Shown here: positions 7,890 through 14,272 of the stretch, piece by piece
How the letters are laid out: every line of letters begins with the position of its first letter
Position numbering within the stretch: the first letter of the stretch is position 1
Origin: Chlamydiae bacterium RIFCSPHIGHO2_12_FULL_49_11
Lineage (GTDB): Bacteria; Chlamydiota; Chlamydiia; Chlamydiales; 2-12-FULL-49-11
Direction: 5' to 3'
DNA: 14,272 nt
Assembly: GCA_001794905.1 (NCBI GenBank)
Contig: MGLW01000051.1
Location: 10,542 to 24,813, forward strand
Notes under the pieces: generated by a model
Databases searched by the model: none
Seen by the model: the letters and a program-made list of their open reading frames with translations, nothing else
What the model was told of the DNA's origin: nothing
Made by a program: the position numbers and the translations under genes

Positions 7890-10800
7890 ATGCAACCGTT
7901 AAGACATACTGAAATACAACCCCCTCTTTCTGTTAATCCTGAATCAATTAGAAAAGCAAAACGGGATGAACTAAAAACTGCACTCGTTCATGCACTTTTT
8001 GAGAGAGTTTCCGGCGACCTGAACCGAGGCAGAACAACAGCGCCCGATGAGGTAAAGGGGATCATAAACGCAGAATTCCTTTCATCAGAACAAGTTGAAC
8101 TCAAAGTCTCCGATGTTCAAGAAGTTATGAGTAAGGTTTTCGGTCTCTTGCTCGGTTTCATGGAACAAAAATCTAAACCGAATGATATCAAGGCCGTTTT
8201 CCGGAATATTTTTTCACAAGTAGAGATGTTTGATGCTGTCGCCACATGGCTTGAAAATGTACGCAGTCCCCTTTCCCTTCAGCAGCAAATGATTTTGACA
8301 GAGCAACTTGAATTCGATTCCCCCGAAAAGCTTCTCCGTCTTGCCCAACACCTTGCCCTCAACAATCCTACCCTTGTCGCCGCAAATCTCGAATTTTTCG
8401 AGATAAAAGAAGAGGAAGACCGCTTCAATCTCGGACTCCAACTTGTTTCGGATGAAATGGCGCAGGAGGCCACCCCCTCCCTTTTTGATGCCCTTGCCAT
8501 CCGGCAAAAGGAACATCTCGAAGCCTTGCTCCTGCGGTGGGCACGCACGAGAGGCAGCTCGCTTGCCTGGTGTATGTCCCGATTTGAAATCAGGGAAGAG
8601 ATGCGCAATCAGATCGCCCTCGCGGCGGCAAAAACTTTTGGATGCCCTATCAGTGAGCACCTGGACCAATTTCACCTTATCGACGGGCCCGTACTGGGAA
8701 AAATCGCTGCGAGTCAATCCGATATCAATCCGGAAGAATTTTGCCGCTGGGCCCATAAATACCACCTTCCCTCAGCTGCCCTGGAGCAATTTGCCCGCAC
8801 GATGGCGTGCGATTCGCGCGCCCCGTTTTTGATGAAGTCTTTTGCCAATTTCGACACCGGATCTCCCGATCTTCTTCGGGACGTTGCCTTTAATTTAGCC
8901 AAACACAGGCCCAACGACTTTGTAAATAGCAATGCGTTGTTCCGTAATCTTCCCGAGTCCGATAAGGAAGAGCTTTTCGAAATTCTCTGCATCGGTTCCA
9001 TTCCGGCGGCGCTTGCATATTCTGTAGAAAATGATGTCGGCGATCCGGAAGAAATAGATCATCAACTCATCCGTTATGCCGCCTTTCATCCGACCGGCGC
9101 CCTTGAATGGATAAAGCATCATCCGGTTGCCTCGGAAATGACCCGCTTGGAATTGTTTCAATATGTCGTTAATAAAAATAATGCCGTCCAAATCTTTTCC
9201 GAATTTCAATTCAAGACGACCGAATGTCTGGAAGAAGCCTTTGCATTCCTCTTAGATCGATTTCCTCGCGTGATAGGCCCTTGTTTTTCGACAATGCATA
9301 GCAAAGATCCCATCCTAAAAGATTGCATCGCCTCCCTTTTCTTTGAAAAAAATCCGAAGCAATTTTGCAGCCAATTTTCCCACTTTCGGTTTTCTCCTTC
9401 CGAACGGATCGTTTGGGCAGAAAAAGTACTCCTCCATAGCCCAACACTATTTGGTACCTATTTCGGTGAATTTGACATAGAGAAATTGCCTCTCAGGCAA
9501 AAATTTGCCGAAAGGCTATTTTCCCAAAATCCGATCACCCTATGCAATTATTTCAGCCAGTTCAAATTGACCGATTCCGATACAAAAACGTTTGCACACC
9601 GTTTTGCGCGGGATTGTCCCAATACGTTATTGCTAATGATGGACAGTTTTCGGATGGACCTTGCATCGAAACAAGAACTTGTCCGCATTTTAGCCGAAGG
9701 GGCGCCGGATCAGCTCTGCGGATGTCTGAATGAATTTCGTCCGATGAGTCCTGAGCTTGCTCTTGACATCGCAAAAATCGTTGCAGCCAAAAACGGGTGC
9801 TACCTGCATCCCTTTATTTCAGAATTCAATATTTCCAATCCGCGCGATCTCCGGGAGGTTGCACGCATTGCATTCCAACGAAATTTTTTGGAAAACGTAG
9901 ACCATTTAAACGACTACGGCTTCAATCATCACCCTTTATTTAAAAGCTTGGCAACTCGAGAAGAATGTGAACAAGCATTTTTCCGAACTTTTGCGAGGCT
10001 CCAACTTCCGCGTGAAAGCACTCTTTTTCGCAAATCGATTGAGGCCGCTTTGAGATTGGAAGGAGAAGATCTTTGCGCCGCATGCAGAGCCATCCTTCAA
10101 CTGTTTCTCTATGCCGAATTATACGAAATTCCGCCGGACCGCCTCGAAAAAATGGAACCGGTTTTTATTGAAGTTCTCGACACCCGAGATCTAAATCTCA
10201 TGTATTATATCTCCGATAGCGCTCTTCATTTACTTCATCGTCCCGACATCCACGAATGCCTGATAAAAACGGCACAACAAACCTCCTCCATTTTCCTTCT
10301 TCTCCTTTTTGAATTTGATCCGTCCGCATCGGCCCAAGATATTTCCCTCTGGGGACGGATTTTTTCCGACAAGGTATTTAAAAACAGAGCGGTCGCACGT
10401 GTTTTTATCTACGATTTATTCCTGTTCATCAAGTCAAACGGTTTGAAGGCTGATCAAAAAAAAGCACTTCTGAAACATTTCGTATTGAATCAAAACAGTA
10501 CGGCCCGCATCGCACATCAAAACCTGGAATTCATCACCACCCTCGTGGCATTTCACAAAGAAGACGACCTTTTACATTATACTACTCCGGAAGAGCTGGA
10601 AAAAGCCATCCTGAGACTCGTCCGATCTGCATTTCCGATATCTTCCATCCCCGACGTAAATTTTTCCCCTCTCTGGGAAAAAACCTTTGGGCTTTTCCAC
10701 CAGCCTCTTGCCATTCTTAAATATGCCGCCGTTCTCCGAGATAATGCCACGGAGCCCGAATTGCTGAAAGTTCTCAATGCTTTTACCGAAAGCGTTTTAC

Positions 10801-11819
10801 TGGGCACTTTTCCTTCCATCCGATATATCACCCGGGAAAATGCGCACCTCTTCAAAATCGAAAGCGAATTTCCCGATCTCTTTCGTGCTTGGCAAAGGCC
10901 CTTCCGCTTCACTCCCGAATTAACAATGCCCGGAGAAGTTGAAATCAAGAAATGGACGGTACAATTTTTTGACCGTCTCGGACACCTTCCTTTATTTCAG
11001 GAAAATCGCTTTTCCGAATTTCTGCACGGAAAAATTTCATGGACCGAGTGGGTGCAAATCGTCGATGAAAAAATGAAAGGTTTAACCAAAGTGAAGCCAA
11101 ATCCTGACATTTACCATCGCCTCAAACTATGCCACCTGCAGCGCGAACTGGGCACATTGATGAGCGGGGAGAGCCCCTCTTCGCAACTTCCAAAAAAATG
11201 GCCCGCTTTTCTCGGTAGCCTGGCCCGATACCCAGAATACAAAAAATTATCGGAAGCACTGCAAACAAATCTTGCCCCGTACCTGCAAGATGCAAAACAA
11301 GAAGGACTTATCATAGTAATGGACGACAACCCGTGCGATCTTCTCCTGAGCGGCACCGAAGTAGCCGGATCTTGCCAACATGTCCAAGACCCTTATAATT
11401 CCAATTACGGCCTCCTTGCCACCCTCATGGACGGGAAAATCCGCGAACTTGCTCTCAAAAACAAACAAGACCATACCGTCGCACGATGTTTCCTCAAACT
11501 TCTCTGGGATACGGGACGCAGCAGACCTTGCATTCTCATGGAACCGATTTACCCTTTAGGGGCCGCAAAAGCCCATATCTCCCTGCTCCTGGATGCGGCA
11601 AAAAAAGTAGCGGCAGGGCTCGGAGTGGATTTGAAAGGCAACGAGCACCAGGGCAGCACCAATCGTTACGATGACGAACTTGTCTCTTACGATACCCCCG
11701 CACCCTACGAATATTCCGATACCTCCGGCGGACTCTTGCCTCGCCCCCCTCCGGAGCAGCGCCTCTCCGGAAAACCCCACTATATCGCCACTGATTTGTA
11801 CCTATTACACACTCAATAG
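7890..11819 (+). CDS. Large hypothetical protein (1309 aa): ~30-aa helical repeats plus a C-terminal putative GNAT/PcfJ-like domain; candidate secreted effector
   Basis: Uninterrupted 3.9-kb ORF with visible repeat periodicity and a C-terminal DDNPCDLLLSGTEVAGSCQ...LMDGK...VARCFLKLLWD...LMEPIYP block. The CDS call is solid; the function is speculative. Confidence 0.85.
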   Translation: MQPLRHTEIQPPLSVNPESIRKAKRDELKTALVHALFERVSGDLNRGRTTAPDEVKGIINAEFLSSEQVELKVSDVQEVMSKVFGLLLGFMEQKSKPNDIKAVFRNIFSQVEMFDAVATWLENVRSPLSLQQQMILTEQLEFDSPEKLLRLAQHLALNNPTLVAANLEFFEIKEEEDRFNLGLQLVSDEMAQEATPSLFDALAIRQKEHLEALLLRWARTRGSSLAWCMSRFEIREEMRNQIALAAAKTFGCPISEHLDQFHLIDGPVLGKIAASQSDINPEEFCRWAHKYHLPSAALEQFARTMACDSRAPFLMKSFANFDTGSPDLLRDVAFNLAKHRPNDFVNSNALFRNLPESDKEELFEILCIGSIPAALAYSVENDVGDPEEIDHQLIRYAAFHPTGALEWIKHHPVASEMTRLELFQYVVNKNNAVQIFSEFQFKTTECLEEAFAFLLDRFPRVIGPCFSTMHSKDPILKDCIASLFFEKNPKQFCSQFSHFRFSPSERIVWAEKVLLHSPTLFGTYFGEFDIEKLPLRQKFAERLFSQNPITLCNYFSQFKLTDSDTKTFAHRFARDCPNTLLLMMDSFRMDLASKQELVRILAEGAPDQLCGCLNEFRPMSPELALDIAKIVAAKNGCYLHPFISEFNISNPRDLREVARIAFQRNFLENVDHLNDYGFNHHPLFKSLATREECEQAFFRTFARLQLPRESTLFRKSIEAALRLEGEDLCAACRAILQLFLYAELYEIPPDRLEKMEPVFIEVLDTRDLNLMYYISDSALHLLHRPDIHECLIKTAQQTSSIFLLLLFEFDPSASAQDISLWGRIFSDKVFKNRAVARVFIYDLFLFIKSNGLKADQKKALLKHFVLNQNSTARIAHQNLEFITTLVAFHKEDDLLHYTTPEELEKAILRLVRSAFPISSIPDVNFSPLWEKTFGLFHQPLAILKYAAVLRDNATEPELLKVLNAFTESVLLGTFPSIRYITRENAHLFKIESEFPDLFRAWQRPFRFTPELTMPGEVEIKKWTVQFFDRLGHLPLFQENRFSEFLHGKISWTEWVQIVDEKMKGLTKVKPNPDIYHRLKLCHLQRELGTLMSGESPSSQLPKKWPAFLGSLARYPEYKKLSEALQTNLAPYLQDAKQEGLIIVMDDNPCDLLLSGTEVAGSCQHVQDPYNSNYGLLATLMDGKIRELALKNKQDHTVARCFLKLLWDTGRSRPCILMEPIYPLGAAKAHISLLLDAAKKVAAGLGVDLKGNEHQGSTNRYDDELVSYDTPAPYEYSDTSGGLLPRPPPEQRLSGKPHYIATDLYLLHTQ
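8316..9923 (+). repeat. About 18 degenerate 28-32 aa tandem protein repeats (predicted alpha-solenoid)
   Basis: Manual alignment, e.g. FDIEKLPLRQKFAERLFSQNPITLCNYFSQ / FKLTDSDTKTFAHRFARDCPNTLLLMMDS / FRMDLASKQELVRILAEGAPDQLCGCLNE / FRPMSPELALDIAKIVAAKNGCYLHPFISE. Not evident as a DNA-level repeat. Confidence 0.8.
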
Positions 11820-12713
11820 GAATCTGTCTCGCACATATTGCTTGGCATGGATCCACAGCTCGGATTCTTTGAGTTTTTCCGCATCCCGGATCGCTGCCTT
11901 AATTTTTGTCGGGTCGTCCATCGGATAATGCTCGGACAAAAGTCCGTCCAACCGGAAAAACCGGTCTCCGAGCACCGCGCTTAAAATATCGTTTGTCGTA
12001 AAAGATGCCATTTCGGTGAGGAGAGTATAAAAAGGCCAATCGCCGAGCCCCGGCTCCGGACTCATCCAGCGGTCCTTTCCCCAATCGATATCCCTCGAAA
12101 TCGAAGAGGGAGATTTCCCCGTACCGACCGACAAGACGGAAAATGCATCGGCAGAAAGCCTATATTCGCGCATCGCCGTTGTTAAAGCCACACTCGCAGG
12201 ATTGAGGGCAAATACCCCTCCGTCCACTGCTTTGCCATGTGACGGAAAATACATCGGTGCAGCACACGACTGCATGAGGGTGTCTACAAGTGAACACTCA
12301 CTCCACTTTTCTGAAAAATTATGCCGCACCTCCGGCTCCCAAAAGCCGCCCGACCCCGTAAGGCTGCAAACGGGAATCACAATCTTTTTATTCAGATCGG
12401 CAAATTTGGGTTTTTTGGGGAAAACGAACGAAAGCGCCTTCGTAAACATTTTCGGGTCGTATTTGGCTTTTTTGGAATCCTTGCGGCGCGCCCCGAAGAT
12501 CATCGCCCCGAAAACCTGGTATACCCGAAGCATAAAAGAGGGCTTGAAACCAAGGGCAAGTCCGGTTGCAATGAGCGATCCGGTGGAAGTCCCCCCGAAC
12601 ACATCAATCCGGTCCATAATGTCTTTATCGACTTCCTTTTCAAGAAAATCGAGGAGTGCCAACGAAAAAACGCCCCGAATTCCTCCGCCGTCAATGGATA
12701 AAATCTTTTTCAA
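11805..12713 (-). CDS. Patatin-like phospholipase
   Basis: ILSIDGGGIRG (oxyanion hole), GTSTG (catalytic Ser), SCAAPMYFP and DGGV (catalytic Asp). Start reassigned to TTG at 12713, 7 nt after the minus-strand SD GGAGGAGGG; 302 aa. The 3' end overlaps the convergent gene by 15 nt. Confidence 0.93.
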   Translation of the reverse strand: MKKILSIDGGGIRGVFSLALLDFLEKEVDKDIMDRIDVFGGTSTGSLIATGLALGFKPSFMLRVYQVFGAMIFGARRKDSKKAKYDPKMFTKALSFVFPKKPKFADLNKKIVIPVCSLTGSGGFWEPEVRHNFSEKWSECSLVDTLMQSCAAPMYFPSHGKAVDGGVFALNPASVALTTAMREYRLSADAFSVLSVGTGKSPSSISRDIDWGKDRWMSPEPGLGDWPFYTLLTEMASFTTNDILSAVLGDRFFRLDGLLSEHYPMDDPTKIKAAIRDAEKLKESELWIHAKQYVRDRFLLSV

Positions 12714-12722
12714 ATTAAAGCC

Positions 12723-12747
12723 CTCCTCCGTTAGAATAAACGAGGAG
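12723..12747. promoter_or_regulatory. Imperfect inverted repeat made of the two divergent SD-like sequences
   Basis: CTCCTCCGTT-AGAATA-AACGAGGAG gives a 9-bp stem with one bulged C and a 6-nt loop, in the 52-nt gap between divergent genes. Confidence 0.45.
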
Positions 12748-12765
12748 CAATTGTTTGGAAAGTAT

Positions 12766-14272
12766 ATGGTTCGATTAAATCCATTAAGGCCGGATGTCGT
12801 GTTCGGCGAAACGGTCCAGATCAAGGAAGTCTATCCATATGAAAACCGTCTTTACGTCGAATTATCGTATAGCTCGCAAAAAGGGAGGACAACCCTTCTT
12901 TCGGCCTTCGACGGGACCGACCTTCTTTCGCCCGAATATAACGTTAAAACGCGCGTGCACGAATACGGAGGCAAGGCGTCGGCCTTTTCATACCCCTACT
13001 ATTACTTCGTCAATGACTCGGATCAGGGAATTTACGTGCTCAATCTCGAAACCCAAATGGTGCATAAGCTCTATTCATGCGCAAACGAGCGGCATGGCGA
13101 CCTCTTTTATGACAAGGCAAACCGGCGTCTTATCTGTGTCGTCGAATTTCACGGAACAAACGTGGAGAATGCGATCGGGTCCATTGATACTCATACCGGC
13201 ACTTTCTCAGTAGAATACAGGGGCTATGACTTCTATGCGTACCCGCGATCTTCCGAAGACGGAAAAAAAATGGCCTACCTTGCTTGGAACCGGCCTGATA
13301 TGCCGTGGGAACACACAACTCTCTTAGAAGGAAGGAGAAAAGTGTGTGATACCGCCTCTTCCTTTGAACCCGGATATTACAAGGGCTCCCTCTATTATCA
13401 AAATGACGCCGCCGGTTTTTGGGATGTGTACCGTGAAAACACGAAAGTGTGCGCGGCCGAGGTGGATTTCGGTTTCCCATTATGGTCTCTCGGCTTTACG
13501 CGGCGGGCCCATTTCCAATTTGAAGGGAGAGGCCACATCGCGCTCATCGGAACCGATAAAGCGGTCGATTTCCTCTATTTGCTGGATGAAGAAAGAAAAA
13601 CCGTATCCAAAATCGATCTCCCCTACACCTCCATCACACACGTGAGCGCAAGCGGCGCAAGGCTTTTTCTGGTGGCATGCTCCCCTTCCGTCCCCCCTTC
13701 CGTGATAGGGTACGACCTGAAACAGCGCGTGCATTATACGCTCTGCCAACCGGTGCACTCACCCTATTCCGATGTTTACAACACAAAAACCAAATCCGTT
13801 TCGTTTCAGACCGAAGATGCTGATACTGCTTACGGATTTTTCTACCCTCCTCCCGACCCGGAAGGAAAAATCCCCCTGATCATCAATATCCATGGCGGCC
13901 CAACCGCCCACGCCTCCCTTGCTTACAAACCCGCATACACTTTTTGGATCTCTCACGGCTTTGCCCTCTTTGACCTCAACTATCGCGGAAGCAGCGGATT
14001 CGGGCGCGCCTATCGAAAAAAACTTGACGGCCGGTGGGGTATCGCCGATGTGGAAGATGCAAAAAGAGCCGCTCTCTATTTGATTCATCATGAAAACATA
14101 GATCCCGAGCGGATCGTCATCCGTGGAGGAAGCGCGGGAGGATACACCGTTTTACAAAGCCTGATCGATTCCGATATTTTTGCCGCCGGCATCTCGTATT
14201 ACGGCGCTCTTGACCTTTCTCTCCTCGCCCGGGAGACACACAAATTCGAAGAGCATTATTTCGACCACCTCA
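12766..14272 (+). CDS. S9 family serine peptidase (prolyl oligopeptidase / dipeptidyl aminopeptidase / acylaminoacyl-peptidase-like), 3' end beyond the window
   Basis: Manually translated frame +1, open to the window end: VKTRVHEYGG, WNRPDMPWE, IHGGPT, NYRGSSGFGRAYR, WGIADVED, catalytic IRGGSAGGYT and THKFEEHY. Absent from the ORF track because no stop falls in the window. An alternative in-frame TTG start lies at 12751. Confidence 0.95.
   Translation, partial: MVRLNPLRPDVVFGETVQIKEVYPYENRLYVELSYSSQKGRTTLLSAFDGTDLLSPEYNVKTRVHEYGGKASAFSYPYYYFVNDSDQGIYVLNLETQMVHKLYSCANERHGDLFYDKANRRLICVVEFHGTNVENAIGSIDTHTGTFSVEYRGYDFYAYPRSSEDGKKMAYLAWNRPDMPWEHTTLLEGRRKVCDTASSFEPGYYKGSLYYQNDAAGFWDVYRENTKVCAAEVDFGFPLWSLGFTRRAHFQFEGRGHIALIGTDKAVDFLYLLDEERKTVSKIDLPYTSITHVSASGARLFLVACSPSVPPSVIGYDLKQRVHYTLCQPVHSPYSDVYNTKTKSVSFQTEDADTAYGFFYPPPDPEGKIPLIINIHGGPTAHASLAYKPAYTFWISHGFALFDLNYRGSSGFGRAYRKKLDGRWGIADVEDAKRAALYLIHHENIDPERIVIRGGSAGGYTVLQSLIDSDIFAAGISYYGALDLSLLARETHKFEEHYFDHL

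Noticed and set aside
6819-8765. Minus-strand ORFs of 191 aa (6819-7394) and 183 aa (8214-8765)
   Set aside because: Nested antisense in long plus-strand genes, with no motifs or independent support.
11805-12713. Calling this a CBASS system
   Set aside because: No CD-NTase, Cap2/Cap3 or other CBASS component is recognisable nearby.
12714-12824. 37-aa N-terminal extension of the patatin given by the ORF track
   Set aside because: It would overlap the S9 peptidase start. The TTG at 12713 has a well-spaced strong SD and sits right before the first conserved strand.
12794-14091. Several short ORFs on both strands
   Set aside because: All overlap the S9 peptidase reading frame, which has strong motif support.
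1-14272. CRISPR arrays, tRNA/rRNA, IS elements or DNA tandem repeats
   Set aside because: None seen. Intergenic gaps are all about 106 nt or shorter, and no transposase or integrase motifs were found.

Overview
Gene-dense bacterial chromosomal window. The gene families, tandem orphan oppA lipoproteins and protein styles point to an environmental Chlamydiota member; this is inference and was not searched. Gene order: Sua5-type threonylcarbamoyl-AMP synthase (+), FKBP-type PPIase (+), exported hypothetical protein (-), two translationally coupled OppA-family lipoproteins (+) with no permease or ATPase beside them, a 717-aa cytoplasmic hypothetical with possible ACT-like modules (+), a 1309-aa protein with about 18 helical ~30-aa repeats and a C-terminal putative GNAT/PcfJ-like domain (+), a convergent patatin-like phospholipase (-), and a divergent S9-family peptidase (+) that runs off the window end and is missing from the ORF track. 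I saw no RNA genes, CRISPR arrays or mobile elements. The most interesting items are the 1309-aa repeat-plus-enzyme protein, the oppA-oppA-717aa module with altered peptide-binding motifs and a ~39-aa Cys-containing insertion in OppA1, and a hairpin formed from the two divergent Shine-Dalgarno sites.
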